A stretch of 64,000 bases of DNA from Microcoleus sp. (GCA_052279835.1 CP181291.1:4192001-4256000); one strand, 5' to 3'. Positions 33,013-44,510 are shown, counted from the stretch's first letter. Numbers and translations are program-made. The notes: generated from the letters alone by a model not told the origin.

Positions 33013-35766
33013 ATGGCAAAAATCTCAACCAATCAAACATCCCTATGCGATCGGGCCCATGATATTTGGAAAGAACAGCGCCATCCCCTCGATGGTATCT
33101 TTCATCCCCGCTCTGTGGCGGTAATTGGTGCCAGCGAAAGAGAAGGAAGTGTGGGGCGGACTATACTCTGGAACTTGATTCGCAGTCCCTTTGGGGGCAC
33201 GGTTTTTCCAGTCAATCCCCAACGTCCCAGCGTATTGGGCATCAAATCTTATCCTGACATTGCTAGTGTACCTGAAATTGTGGATTTAGCAGTAATTGCT
33301 ACACCTGCTGCGACGGTTCCCCAGGTAATTCGAGAATGTGTAGCAGTGGGAGTCAAAGGCGCAATTATTGTTTCTGCCGGTTTCAAAGAAATTGGGGAGG
33401 CGGGTGCGGCTTTAGAGCAACAAGTGCTCGCAGAAGCGCGACGGGGCGGAATGCGAATTATTGGCCCCAATTGTCTCGGCTTAATGAATCCGATCGCCGG
33501 ACTGAATGCGACTTTTGCAAGTACGATCGCCCGTGCTGGTAATGTCGCCTTCATCAGTCAAAGCGGAGCGCTCTGTACTTCAATTTTAGACTGGAGTTTG
33601 GGAGAAAATGTGGGATTCAGTGCCTTTATTTCCATCGGCTCCATGCTGGATGTCAGTTGGGGAGATTTGATTGAATATCTGGGTGACGATCCCCATACCC
33701 ATAGCATCGTTTTGTATATGGAATCCATCGGCGATGCTCGTGCTTTTCTATCATCCGCCCGCGAAGTTGCGATGGATAAACCGATTATTGTACTCAAAGT
33801 CGGACAAACTGAGGCGGCGGCTAAAGCTGCTGCTTCCCATACAGGAGCTTTGACTGGTAGTGATGCTGTTTTGAATGCCGCTTTCCGTCGCTGTGGTGTA
33901 TTGCGGGTGAATACGATTTCTGACTTGTTTGATATGGCGGAAATTCTGGCAAAACAACCTCGCCCCAAGGGTAATCGGCTCTCGATTGTGACTAATGCTG
34001 GGGGCCCAGGGGCGATCGCCACTGATGCGTTAATTAGTGGTGGCGGTGCATTATCGGAACTAGCACCAGAGACTTTGGAGCAATTAAATCAATTTTTACC
34101 GCCTCAATGGAGCCATCATAATCCGATCGATATTTTAGGTGATGCTAGCAGCGATCGCTACGCCCAAACCTTAGAAGTTGTTGCGAGCGATCCTAATAGC
34201 GATGGCTTATTAGTCATCCTAACTCCCCAAGCGATGACTAATCCCACTCTAACCGCAGAAAAACTCAAGGCTTATAGCAAATTAGGGAAGCCGATTTTAT
34301 CGAGTTGGATGGGCGGTGCAGAAATTGCAGCGGGGACGCAAATTCTCAATCAAGCACATATTCCCACCTTTCCCTATCCCGATACTGCTGTCAGATTGTT
34401 TAACTATATGTGGCAGTATACCTATAATTTGCGGGGCATTTATGAGACTCCTTCTTTACCTGCGGATTCCGAGATTCATGCACCCGATCGCCATTTGGTA
34501 CAACAGATTTTTACCAAGGTACTTAACAGCGATCGCACTCTGTTAACAGAATACGAATCAAAGCAATTACTCGCCGCCTATGGTATTCCCACAATTGCTA
34601 CATCCATTGCTACCAGCGGTAGGGAAGCTGTGGAAATTGCCGATCGCTTAGGCTATCCGGTAGTTCTCAAACTGCATTCAGAAACTATTACTCACAAAAC
34701 TGATGTGGGCGGCGTGCACTTAAATCTCGCCGATGCGGCGGCTGTGAGTGGAGCATTTGAGGCGATCGAATCAAAAGTAAGTGCGATCGATCCTGAAGCA
34801 TTTTTGGGCGTAACTGTACAGCCCATGGTGAAAATGGAGGGCTACGAACTAATTTTGGGTAGCAGTCTCGATCCGCAGTTTGGCGCGGTAATATTATTTG
34901 GTATGGGCGGTCAATTGGTGGAAATTTTTGAAGATAGAGCGCTAGCGTTACCTCCTTTAAATACCACTTTGGCGCGGCGAATGATGGAACAAACCCGCAT
35001 TTATAAAGCCTTGCAAGGCGTGCGCGGCAGACAGGCGATCGATATGGCAAAACTAGAACAGTTGCTGGTGAGTTTTAGTCAGTTAATAGTGGAACAGCCA
35101 CAGATTCGGGAACTTGATATCAATCCTCTGTTGGTTTCCCCCGAAGGTATGGTTGCTCTAGATGCGCGGGTTTTGCTCCACACAACGGCCGATTTCGCCC
35201 AGAAGCCATTACCTGCAATTCGTCCCTATCCGACGAAATACGTGCAGGAATGGGAGTCACCCAAGGGCGATCGTTTAACGATTAGGCCAATTCGCCCCGA
35301 AGACGAGCCACTGATGGTCAAGTTCCATCAAAATCTTTCGGAGGAGAGCGTCTATTTGCGCTATGCTCATACTGTGAAGCTTAAGCAGCGGATTGCTCAC
35401 GAAAGGTTGACTCGAATTTGTTTTATTGATTACGATCGCGAAATGCTGTTAGTTGCCGATCGCCAAGTTCCGCAAACCTTAGAACATGAGATTTTGGCAG
35501 TAGGAAGGCTGAGTAAGTTGCACGGGACCAATGAAGCTGAATTTGCTTTGATTGTGGGGGATGGCTATCAGCATCAAGGCTTGGGCACAGAAATTTTAAG
35601 GCGACTTCTAGAAGTTGGGAAGGACGAACAACTTTCGGCGATCGTGGGTTATATTCTGACGAGTAACTACCAGATGCAGAGCCTTTGTCGGAAGTTAGGA
35701 TTTGAATTTCAGCCCGATCGAGAAACAGGAATGTTGAAGGCTATTTTTGGTAAGTTCTATAGGTAG
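33013..35766 (+). CDS. Acetate-CoA ligase (NDP-forming) family / GNAT acetyltransferase fusion
   Basis: [39 protein letters not shown] (ATP-grasp), C-terminal GNAT (QHQGLG). Confidence 0.93.
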   Translation: MAKISTNQTSLCDRAHDIWKEQRHPLDGIFHPRSVAVIGASEREGSVGRTILWNLIRSPFGGTVFPVNPQRPSVLGIKSYPDIASVPEIVDLAVIATPAATVPQVIRECVAVGVKGAIIVSAGFKEIGEAGAALEQQVLAEARRGGMRIIGPNCLGLMNPIAGLNATFASTIARAGNVAFISQSGALCTSILDWSLGENVGFSAFISIGSMLDVSWGDLIEYLGDDPHTHSIVLYMESIGDARAFLSSAREVAMDKPIIVLKVGQTEAAAKAAASHTGALTGSDAVLNAAFRRCGVLRVNTISDLFDMAEILAKQPRPKGNRLSIVTNAGGPGAIATDALISGGGALSELAPETLEQLNQFLPPQWSHHNPIDILGDASSDRYAQTLEVVASDPNSDGLLVILTPQAMTNPTLTAEKLKAYSKLGKPILSSWMGGAEIAAGTQILNQAHIPTFPYPDTAVRLFNYMWQYTYNLRGIYETPSLPADSEIHAPDRHLVQQIFTKVLNSDRTLLTEYESKQLLAAYGIPTIATSIATSGREAVEIADRLGYPVVLKLHSETITHKTDVGGVHLNLADAAAVSGAFEAIESKVSAIDPEAFLGVTVQPMVKMEGYELILGSSLDPQFGAVILFGMGGQLVEIFEDRALALPPLNTTLARRMMEQTRIYKALQGVRGRQAIDMAKLEQLLVSFSQLIVEQPQIRELDINPLLVSPEGMVALDARVLLHTTADFAQKPLPAIRPYPTKYVQEWESPKGDRLTIRPIRPEDEPLMVKFHQNLSEESVYLRYAHTVKLKQRIAHERLTRICFIDYDREMLLVADRQVPQTLEHEILAVGRLSKLHGTNEAEFALIVGDGYQHQGLGTEILRRLLEVGKDEQLSAIVGYILTSNYQMQSLCRKLGFEFQPDRETGMLKAIFGKFYR

Positions 35767-35887
35767 AATTAGTTTAATTTTCCTGATCCCCCGTTTGCTC
35801 TAGCTTCTAGCTTCTGGCTGCAAAATCACCACAAAAAAGAGGTCGCGATCGCAACCTCTTAACCCTACACTAATCCAGCGCCGGCTC

Positions 35888-36091
35888 TTAAAGTAGACCA
35901 GTATTAGCTCCGGGCTTACCTGTAGCCAGTTGCACTTTAATAATTTTGCCGCCCATTTTCATAATTCTTTGTTGTTCTCTAAACCAGTTATCGTAAGGAA
36001 CAAGTTTAGTAAAATAGGTATTTTGCAATTCGCGCTGAGTGCGGATGCGTGTTTGGCTAGGGACGCAAGCAGTCACTTTAAACATTCTCAT
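35888..36091 (-). CDS. apcC: Phycobilisome core linker Lc7.8
   Basis: MRMFKVTACVPSQTRIRTQRELQNTYFTK. Confidence 0.98.
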   Translation of the reverse strand: MRMFKVTACVPSQTRIRTQRELQNTYFTKLVPYDNWFREQQRIMKMGGKIIKVQLATGKPGANTGLL

Positions 36092-36431
36092 GGGAAACTA
36101 CCTCCTGAAGTAGGTTTACTGATTTTTAGATGGATTTTTAAAACATTGAAGACAGGGAGTTAAGAATCAAAACTAGCTCATTAAAACTCGTCCAGTATTC
36201 TCGACAAGCCTTTGACGGTCTAGCAATCACTCGTAACTTCCCTGACTTCTTCCAAAAGAAAAGGCTAAAAGTCTAAAAGTCTCAAAGTCTAAAGTTTAAA
36301 AGTCCCAAAGTCAAAAGTTTAAAGAGAGCAGAAATCAATATTTTTATTTATTTCCTTCTTCCTTCTTCCTTCTTCCTTCTTCCTTTTTGCTTCTTCCTTC
36401 TTCTTTCTTCCTTCTTCCTTCGTCCTTCGTC

Positions 36432-36917
36432 TTAGCTCAAGCCAGAGCAGATGTAGTCGAAATAGACGCCCATTTCTTTACCAGCGTCAGAACCGACCAA
36501 ACCGGCGGTGACTTCTTTCATAGCTTGGATAGCTTGTACGGTAGAACCGATGGGCACGCCCAAGGAGTTATAGGTTTCTTTCAAACCGTTGAGCACGCGC
36601 TCATCCAGGATGGAAGGGTCGCCAGCCAACATGGCGTAGGTGGCGTAGCGGAGGTAGTAGTCCAAGTCGCGAATGCAAGCTGCATAACGGCGAGTGGTGT
36701 ACATATTTCCACCGGGACGAGTTACGTCAGAGTACAACAGAGACTTAGCAACTGCTTCTTTGACGATTGTGGCTGCATTGGCGCTAATGGCTGTAGCGGC
36801 ACGGACGCGCAGTTCACCAGAAGCGAAGTAGTTTTTTAGTTTGTCTAGAGCGCTGATATCCAGGTACTTACCTTGAACGTCAGAGGAATTGATAACGGCG
36901 GTAATTGCGTCTTGCAT
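36432..36917 (-). CDS. apcB: Allophycocyanin beta subunit
   Basis: [10 protein letters not shown]...RRYAACIRD. Confidence 0.99.
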   Translation of the reverse strand: MQDAITAVINSSDVQGKYLDISALDKLKNYFASGELRVRAATAISANAATIVKEAVAKSLLYSDVTRPGGNMYTTRRYAACIRDLDYYLRYATYAMLAGDPSILDERVLNGLKETYNSLGVPIGSTVQAIQAMKEVTAGLVGSDAGKEMGVYFDYICSGLS

Positions 36918-37066
36918 GATGGTCTTGTTTCCTAGAAAGTGGCTGAGTTCAGTCCAATTTTGTAGCTCGGATTTGAGATTTGGGATTTCAGATTTATACA
37001 GTGGTTATTTATCTGTAAAAGCTTGTGGCTCCAGGCTGGTAACTCACAATCTAAAACCTAAAATCT

Positions 37067-37552
37067 TTACTGCATCGCACCGATAACGTAGTCGAAGTAA
37101 GAGGAAGCTTCGGAAGCATCTTCTCCAGAAAGCAGCGAGCTCGCTGCATTTTTCATGGCGCGAACGCCTTCGGCGACGGCTTCAATGGGGGTTCCCAAGG
37201 ATTTGTACATTTCGCGGACGCCAACAATACCGATTTCTTCGATCGGAGTAATGTCGCCAGCTACGATTCCGTAGGTGATCAAACGCAGGTAGTAGTCCAA
37301 GTCGCGCAAGCAAGTTGCGGTCATTTCTTCGCCGTAAGCGTTACCACCAGGGGAAACTACATCAGGGCGTTTTTGGAAAAGTTGGTCGCCTGCTTGTTTG
37401 ACGATACGTTCGCGGGATTCGCTCAAGATTTGGGCGATGCGGACGCGGCGTTCACCAGAGGTGACGAAGCTTTTGATCCGGTCTAATTCGCCTGGGCTCA
37501 GGTAACGAGCTTCAGCGTCTGCGTTGACGATTGATTTGGTGACGATACTCAT
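37067..37552 (-). CDS. apcA: Allophycocyanin alpha subunit
   Basis: [23 protein letters not shown]...TATCLRD; canonical start at 37552. Confidence 0.99.
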   Translation of the reverse strand: MSIVTKSIVNADAEARYLSPGELDRIKSFVTSGERRVRIAQILSESRERIVKQAGDQLFQKRPDVVSPGGNAYGEEMTATCLRDLDYYLRLITYGIVAGDITPIEEIGIVGVREMYKSLGTPIEAVAEGVRAMKNAASSLLSGEDASEASSYFDYVIGAMQ

Positions 37553-37944
37553 CTTGTGTGTACCCGCTGGATATTTTGCAATTACGAACTGCTCCACGCT
37601 CAGCATAGCGATGGTGGGCGCTTGCATCCCGTACCTCTGGCTTGCGGCAGGAGCTTTGACGCTTTCGGGAATCTACCTTGCTTCCAACTGTTGAAGTTGT
37701 TGGCTGGTGGCTACCTTGGGCGTTTGACGGCGCTTGTTCTGACGCCGGTGCCTGTTGTTGGCTGCACTTTGCCTGTCGCTTACGATACCACACATAACTG
37801 CTGCTTTCTCTAATTTTGCGATCGAGGTTGCAATCATTTAGGTGGCGATCGAGTGACTGTCCGATAGTTGGTCAGGAATTTGATTCTGTGACGCAACTAC
37901 CTCACGCAAGTATTTTGAGGCATTATGTTCACATTCTGAGTGTT

Positions 37945-37962
37945 ACTGTAATAGTTTGTAAC
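37945..37962 (-). promoter_or_regulatory. HLR1-like (RpaB) direct repeat upstream of apcABC
   Basis: Minus strand GTTACAAA-CT-ATTACAGT approximates (G/T)TTACA(T/A)(T/A)-N2 repeats. Confidence 0.6.
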
Positions 37963-38220
37963 ATTCGTTTTCATTTTGGGGTCTAGAGCACTGATTTTGG
38001 CATCCCCAAATTATGTCGCTCAAAACGCTATAATCTTCTGATACCAAGCATTACGACTTATAAATGCTCGGTGTTTTAGCTGGGGCGTGGTGGTTCGGCT
38101 TCACCAGTTTAAATTCCTAGGTATAAAAAACCGGAGGTGAGGGCTCGCCTAGGTGCGATCGGAAATTCCGACTTTCGAGCTTGTAGTCAAATTTTGCTGT
38201 AATTTTCAACCAGGTGCGCT

Positions 38221-39426
38221 TTGAAAAGAAATCTATCAGCCATTACAAAAGCTTTGCAGTTTGGTGTCAGCGGTGCCGTCGGCGGTTTCGTGGGTAATTT
38301 AATCACCGAACCTTTCATGAATTTCGATCGCCTGTCGGGTTCGGTATCTTTTTTTGATAGTGTACTTTCCACCGCCCGCTGGTTTGGATTGGTAGGCGGT
38401 GGCATTGCTACAGCGATTATGTTTGGCTATTATTACTACATCAAAGGCAAGCCTCAAATTAAACCAGCTTTCAAGAATGGGGGATTGTTTGGTTTAATCG
38501 CAGGGGCGATTTCTGGGGCGATCGCAGAAGCTATTTACAGCGGCATTGGTCCCAATGAATTATTGCGAGTAGTTTGTTGGGGAATAGCTGGCAGTTTGTT
38601 AGGGCTGGCACTTTCTAAACGGATTCCCAACTTAGGAATGCTGCGCGGCGCGGGCGGAGGCGGTGTTGGGGGCGTGTTGGGCGGATGTTTGTTTATTTTG
38701 TTCGCTTATTCTTTATCGGGTACTGTGGGCCGTTTAGCGGGCTGTGGGGCGATCGGCTTTTGGATTGGCATTATGCTAGTTGTGGCTGAAACTTTGTTTA
38801 ACAAAGCTTGGCTAGTAATTAGTTACGATAACGGAGTCAATCGCACTCTGACTATTGGTGCTGAACCGGTGACTTTTGGTAGCGATGATAATTTGTCTAT
38901 TATCTGTATTCCCAATATTTCGCCCTTGGCTATGCGCTTTCAATTGGAGGCTGGGAAAATTGTCTGCGAAAATTTTGATAATGGGGCGGTGACTTATTTG
39001 CGATCGGGCGATCAAAAGAAATTAGGAAATTGTACAATTACCGTCGGTAACTCAGATTTGCCCGTTGCCAATTCTGCCAAAATTCCAGCTACATATATAT
39101 CAGCAGATCCGGCGGAAAAATCTTTCCTTAATAGCGAATTTTCCCTAAAATTAAGCAGCAAAGTTATCCCTTTGAGTGTAGGGACTCAATTGTTTAGTTC
39201 CGACATATCTACTTTAAAATCTACTGCATCTAATGGTGCAGTAGCAGTTGTGAATTCTCGTTCCGCACAGCCTCTTTCATTGGGATTGACCAATTTATCC
39301 GATCGCGCTTGGTGGGTCACAGACAGTCAAGGCGACATGAAACTGGTAGAACCAGAAGGTACGCTGACTCTCGCGGTGGGAAATCAAATCGAGTTCGGCG
39401 AAATTAATGGTGAGATTGTGGCATAG
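38221..39426 (+). CDS. Gly-rich multi-pass membrane protein with FHA-like C-terminal beta domains
   Basis: About six Gly-rich TM helices followed by soluble beta-rich domains; TTG start uncertain. Confidence 0.65.
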   Translation: MKRNLSAITKALQFGVSGAVGGFVGNLITEPFMNFDRLSGSVSFFDSVLSTARWFGLVGGGIATAIMFGYYYYIKGKPQIKPAFKNGGLFGLIAGAISGAIAEAIYSGIGPNELLRVVCWGIAGSLLGLALSKRIPNLGMLRGAGGGGVGGVLGGCLFILFAYSLSGTVGRLAGCGAIGFWIGIMLVVAETLFNKAWLVISYDNGVNRTLTIGAEPVTFGSDDNLSIICIPNISPLAMRFQLEAGKIVCENFDNGAVTYLRSGDQKKLGNCTITVGNSDLPVANSAKIPATYISADPAEKSFLNSEFSLKLSSKVIPLSVGTQLFSSDISTLKSTASNGAVAVVNSRSAQPLSLGLTNLSDRAWWVTDSQGDMKLVEPEGTLTLAVGNQIEFGEINGEIVA

Positions 39427-39546
39427 TTATATTAAATCCTAGATTGAGAGATCGCTCGGCGGTTGAAACCGCGTCTACACAAGCAAAGTCCGCCTCCGCG
39501 GACTAAGAGATAATTTATCCTACGATCGCATAGATGATTTGGCTAA

Positions 39547-39905
39547 TGAACTTGAAAAAAATATTCGCTGGTTTCCTATTAATTCTGACATTGGCATTGG
39601 GACTAATTACGATTAGTCCCCAAATTGCTTTGGCAGATGCAACTTCAAATCCGGCAACGGCTGCCGAAGTTTTTACCGTTAATTGTGCGGGTTGTCACAG
39701 CAACGGCGGAAACATCATCAGACGTGGCAAAAATTTGAAACAGAAAGCATTGAAACGATACGGCATGGATTCGATCGCCAATATTGCCAATTTAGTCACC
39801 AACGGTAAGAATATCATGCCGTCTTACAAAGATCGTTTGTCTGAACAACAAATTATCGATGTTTCAGCCTACGTGTTGTCGCAAGCTGAAAGTGACTGGA
39901 AATAA
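39547..39905 (+). CDS. petJ: Cytochrome c6 family protein
   Basis: Signal peptide, CAGCH heme motif, MP axial Met. NIIRRGK may indicate a c6-like paralog. Confidence 0.85.
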
Positions 39906-40068
39906 GGACTATTGTCATCTAATGGGACTTTAGTCCTTAGATCAATTCCTCTCTTCATCGGAATAATTCATTTCTCTCTCATCTCTCTGTGTTTTAGTAA
40001 GGTTAAATCATGACCATGCAACGGTCAACGATATTACTACGACAAACCTTCATGGGAAGTATTGCCAA

Positions 40069-40566
40069 ATGAAAAAACCTGATTGGCGCAAAATTGTAAC
40101 AATTATTACTTTCTGTCTCTGTCTCACCATCACCAACAACCCACCAGCCTTGGCTTCGATTCACAAATATCCAGAAACCGGGGACAGAGTAATGTTCCGA
40201 TCCGTACAAAGCTTGCGGGATAATCAGGACAAAGCATGGCAGGTGGTTTTGTATAAGCGAGTGCGATCGGGCATAGTAGACTCTTTTAACCTGAGATTGG
40301 TGGGATTTCCTGGGACGCAATTGGATCACCCCGTGGCGCTGAAGGTGGTGGCGGGGAATCGGGAACTGGCGCTGGCTAACGATATTTGGAGTGAATCGGA
40401 TTTGCCGGTTAATGTGGGAGAGTACGATTTTAAATCGATAGTGGCACAATTGGAGAGCGATCGACCTTTAGGCTTAAATTTGCCAGTCCAAGGTAAAAAA
40501 GATCTACAAATCTTGGTTCCAACTTTTGCGGTAAGGGAATGGAGGCGGTTGTTAGATAGAAGCTAA
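40069..40566 (+). CDS. DUF3122-like secreted protein
   Basis: Signal peptide; SVQSLRD...AWQVVLYKR...LRLVGFPG. Confidence 0.75.
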   Translation: MKKPDWRKIVTIITFCLCLTITNNPPALASIHKYPETGDRVMFRSVQSLRDNQDKAWQVVLYKRVRSGIVDSFNLRLVGFPGTQLDHPVALKVVAGNRELALANDIWSESDLPVNVGEYDFKSIVAQLESDRPLGLNLPVQGKKDLQILVPTFAVREWRRLLDRS

Positions 40567-40760
40567 ATTGTGCCTACGGATGGCAGTTGAATGTGATAAA
40601 GGCTACATTGCTTGTGAAAAAAAGTCGGTATATTTGATATGCCTCAAGGTAGATCTTGGCTATTTTGAACGATAATTGTGAAACAAACTAAAAGTGAGAT
40701 TAGTCAGGTTAAAAAAATCGACTGTTTTAGAGTGTGCATATTATTGGAAGGAAAATTTAC

Positions 40761-40980
40761 TATGACATTAATCACTACCATTGTCCGAAAAGCTTTAGCG
40801 ACAGGTTGTTTGACGGTTGACGCGGAAGAACAGTTGCGGCAACAGTTGCAGATGACAAAGTACGGTGTGGAAGATTTTGAGGCTTTTATTACTTTGCAAA
40901 CAGAGGTAATGGAAGGTAGAGTAAAACACCAAGCTTGGGAATTATTGCGATCGAATAATTGTTCTGCTGCTGCTGCTTGA
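40761..40980 (+). CDS. Small conserved cyanobacterial protein
   Basis: MTLITTIVRKALATGCLTVDAEEQLRQ; GGAAGG RBS upstream. Confidence 0.7.
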
Positions 40981-41224
40981 AATTAAGTACGATTCCCTTC
41001 GGGATAGCTCCGCACGCGCGTACTTTTGGATAGAATTAAGGGCGATCGATACAAATCATCAATAGGACTTACCCAAGGGTGGTCAGAAACCAGGTTCAGT
41101 AGTTAAGAGTTGCCATATGCGATTTGCCATTTTTACCCGCCACCTTTGATCGGAGAGAATTTTAGAAAACCTACATTCGGCTTTCCCAACATTCCCTAAA
41201 TAAATAACATAGGTTGTAGGTTGG

Positions 41225-41341
41225 GTTCTACTCGTTCTACTCGTTCTACTCGTTCTACTCGTTCTACTCGTTCTACTCGTTCTACTCGTTCTACTCGTTC
41301 TACTCGTTCTACTCGTTCTACTCGTTCTACTCGTTCTACTC
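41225..41341. repeat. Perfect 9-mer tandem repeat (GTTCTACTC) x13
   Basis: Counted directly; abuts the REP-like element at 41338-41467. Confidence 0.95.
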
Positions 41342-41477
41342 GTTCCCAGGCTCTGCCTGGGAACGCAGATCCAGAGGCTCTGCCTCCAATTTTCTGTTAG
41401 CAAGCAGCAAGCAGCAAGCGAGGCGGAGCCTCTAGACATTGATTCCCAGGCAGAGCCTGGGAACCAGTTAGCAAATA

Positions 41478-42846
41478 CAGGACTTACGCAGACACACTAT
41501 ATGTAGTGTGCAGACAACTACGTTAGCGAAGCACTCGTTGCAGGATCGCACCCACTTGACGATTAGGGCGATCGACAGATCAAGGGCGATCGACAGATCA
41601 AGGGCGATCGACAGATCAAGGGCTCAGGTATTTTTGGTATCTTTCAAAATGTTAAATACGAGGTAATCAGAGCTAAAATAAGTAATTAACCATTGAAGGC
41701 AATGTGTAAATATGTCATTCAACCATTTGGATTATTGCCAATATTTACTTAGTAGTCAAACCAATTACACCTTGACAAATTTAGCAGACCATCTGCAACA
41801 ATTCAGCCATGATACTATCAATCGTTATCTCAAGAAATCAGAATTGACCCCTAGTTTATTGTGGCAGAATATTCAACGAGACATCCAAAAAAGTGATGAG
41901 GCTTGTGTAGTATTTGACGACACAATTTTAGATAAAAGGTTTGGACAAAAAATTGAATTAGTTCGTCGTCAATATAGTGGTACAGAACACAGAGTTTTAC
42001 CCGGAATAGGATTGATTAATTGTGTGTATATCAATAGGTAAATCAACCAATTCTGGGTAATAAATTACCGAATTTATGAGCCATTGGGAGATGGCAAAAG
42101 CAAGCTAGAACACGTTGCTGATATGATAGATGATTTGGTAAATTGCAAACAACTGCCTTTTGCCAAAGTCTTGATGGATAGCTGGTATGCGTGTCAAAAA
42201 CTGATGGCAATGATTGATAATTTAGGAAAAATTTATTATTGCCCTTTAAAAAAGAATCGGTTGGTAGATGATACAAGGGGAGTAGAAAAATATAAACAAA
42301 TTGAAAAAGTGCAGTGGACAGAATCGGAACTCCTGTCAGGAAAACTGATCAAAATCAAAAACTTTCCTGCCGATAAAAAAGTGAAACTTTTCCGCGTCAC
42401 TGTTTCTGCCAACAGGACGGAATATGTAGTAACTAATGACTTAAATCAAAATGACATAACAGATGTCAGGAAAATTTGTAGTCAACGCTGGAAAATCGAA
42501 TAATTTCATCGTGAGCTCAAACAATTAACAGGTATTGAATCTTGTCAGTGCCGTAAAGCCAGGATTCAAAGGAATCATATTACCTGTGCAATTTTAGTAT
42601 GGACATTTCTCAAAAAAACAGCGCGTTCTATGGGAAAAACCATCTATCAATTAAAGAGTGAATTACTGTCAGACTATCTCAAAAAGGAACTGAAATACCC
42701 AGCAATACGTTTAGCACTTGTTTGACAGAAGAGTTGGTGATTTCTTGATTAATTAAATTTTTTATTGTATGGACGATCGCGGTCGGAGAGAAAACGCGGT
42801 TGCCCTTTTTCGGCACACTATATGTAGTGTGCCTGCGTAAGTCCTG
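41478..42846 (+). mobile_element. IS701-like insertion sequence
   Basis: About 33-bp imperfect TIRs starting CAGGACTTACGCAG; 5-bp direct repeat AAATA at 41473-41477 and 42847-42851. Confidence 0.9.
41712..42725 (+). pseudogene. DDE transposase (IS701-like) with two in-frame TAA stops
   Basis: Single frame with FDDT, MDSWY and RWKIE*FHRELKQ; stops at 42039-42041 and 42501-42503. Confidence 0.9.
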
Positions 42847-42908
42847 AAATACTTAGTCCGCGTAGGCGGACTTCGTTTTTGTAGACGCGGTTTCAACCGC
42901 CGACTCAC

Positions 42909-42937
42909 TTGACAAAAATACCCAAATCGCCCATAAT
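42909..42937 (+). promoter_or_regulatory. Sigma70 promoter of rplU-rpmA
   Basis: TTGACA-N17-CATAAT. Confidence 0.7.
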
Positions 42938-43102
42938 CGTAGATTGTCTGTCTAAATCCGGCTCGGATCAGGTTAAGACATTCCAAAAGCTGAAAAACCG
43001 TCATCCGTCAAAAGTCCACAGCCAAAAGTTCGTAACTAATGACTAAAGACTAATGACCAATGACTCATCAGCTACCTGTACGGCAATCTCAACCACCATC
43101 CC

Positions 43103-43495
43103 ATGACTTACGCAATTATTGAAACCGGCGGCAAACAATTTCGGGTAGAACCAGGCCGCTTCTACGACATCGAACTGCTTCACGTCGAAGCTGAATCCAA
43201 AGTCACCATCGACAAAGTATTTCTGATCCAGCACGAAAATGATGTTCACATCGGCCAACCTCTAGTAGAAAATGCCACAGTAGAAGGAACTGTTCTGCGG
43301 CATTTCCGGGGTCGCAAAGTCCTCGTCTATAAGATGAAGCCGAAAAAGAAAACTCGGAAGAAAAAAGGGCACCGTCAAGAAACAACTCGCTTTATGATTG
43401 ACTCCATCAGCGTCAATGGTGTTGTTTTGGCCGCGAGAGACTTAACTCAAGCTGTTGTGGAAACTCCCCAAACCGGCGAAAGTGATTCAGAATAA
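43103..43495 (+). CDS. rplU: 50S ribosomal protein L21
   Basis: YAIIETGGKQ...GHRQ. Confidence 0.98.
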   Translation: MTYAIIETGGKQFRVEPGRFYDIELLHVEAESKVTIDKVFLIQHENDVHIGQPLVENATVEGTVLRHFRGRKVLVYKMKPKKKTRKKKGHRQETTRFMIDSISVNGVVLAARDLTQAVVETPQTGESDSE

Positions 43496-43526
43496 AAAAT
43501 AGTAAGTAATTAAAGTTGAGGAAATC

Positions 43527-43817
43527 ATGGCCCATAAGAAAGGTACAGGCAGTACACGTAACGGACGCGACTCTAATTCTCAGCGTCTTGGTGTCAAAAA
43601 GTACGGCGGTCAAGTTGTCAAAGCTGGCAATATTTTGATTCGTCAACGCGGCACGAAAGTTCACCCTGGTAATAATGTTGGTATTGGCAGAGATGATACT
43701 CTGTTTGCCATGATTGATGGTGTGGTGACTTTTGAAAGAAAGGGCAAAACTCGCAAGAAAGTCAGCATTTATCCTGTGGTTGTAGCAGCACCTGCGGCTG
43801 AAGCTGTAGCGGTTTAA
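43527..43817 (+). CDS. rpmA: 50S ribosomal protein L27
   Basis: [16 protein letters not shown]. Confidence 0.99.
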   Translation: MAHKKGTGSTRNGRDSNSQRLGVKKYGGQVVKAGNILIRQRGTKVHPGNNVGIGRDDTLFAMIDGVVTFERKGKTRKKVSIYPVVVAAPAAEAVAV

Positions 43818-44179
43818 TTGTGATATTTTGCGGCGTTGTTTAAGTTTTTTTTGTGGGTCTCTAATTCTAGATCCCCCCTAACCCCCCTTAATAAGGGGGG
43901 GACAAGAAAATTCATTTACTCGTTCCTAGGCTATTTTCCTGGTTCCTAGGCTCTGCCTAGGAACGCATTTCTAGAGGATCTGCCTCCTGATTTTCTATCT
44001 CAATATACCCATATCCCCTATTTCTTTAAGAAGTCGGGGATATCATGTTTTTTAGGCAAGTTTTGTGAGAAATTCGGAATGATTTAACCACAGAGGGCGC
44101 AGAGGGCGCAGAGGAGGAGAATAGAGATAGTTGAATAATTTTGATCCGAAGGGAGTTGATGTGGTTAGTTGGTTTGTGG

Positions 44180-44392
44180 CTAGCCTCCTCCCACAATGGT
44201 TACAATTTCTAAGATGTCGCCTTCTTGGATTTGTGTGGTTTCCCAGAATTGTTTGTGCAGAATTTCGCCGTTGTATTCGACAGCTACTAATCGCGGATTT
44301 AAGCCTAGTTGTTTTAAGAGTTCGGGTAATGGTGTTTCGATCGCACAATTACGACTTTCTCCGTTGACTTGTAGCGCAATTTGATTGGTCAT
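44180..44392 (-). CDS. thiS: Sulfur carrier protein ThiS
   Basis: VNGE...VAVEYNGEI...EIVTIVGGG. Confidence 0.95.
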   Translation of the reverse strand: MTNQIALQVNGESRNCAIETPLPELLKQLGLNPRLVAVEYNGEILHKQFWETTQIQEGDILEIVTIVGGG

Positions 44393-44510
44393 TTGTTTAT
44401 TAGTTTAATGATTTGAACGAACCGCGAAGACGCGAAGAACACGAAGGAAGAACTGCATTTCTTTCTTTCTCTTGCTTTGCGTTCTTCGTGCCTTCGTGGT
44501 TCATTTAATT

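Noticed and set aside
41225..41341. Possible CRISPR array or the SRT-repeat ORF 41083-41439
   Set aside because: It is a pure 9-mer tandem repeat with no spacers and no cas genes; the ORF is a by-product of the repeat.
42039..42503. Stop-codon recoding in the transposase
   Set aside because: TAA is the normal stop in many genes of this window, so simple nonsense mutation is the more parsimonious explanation.
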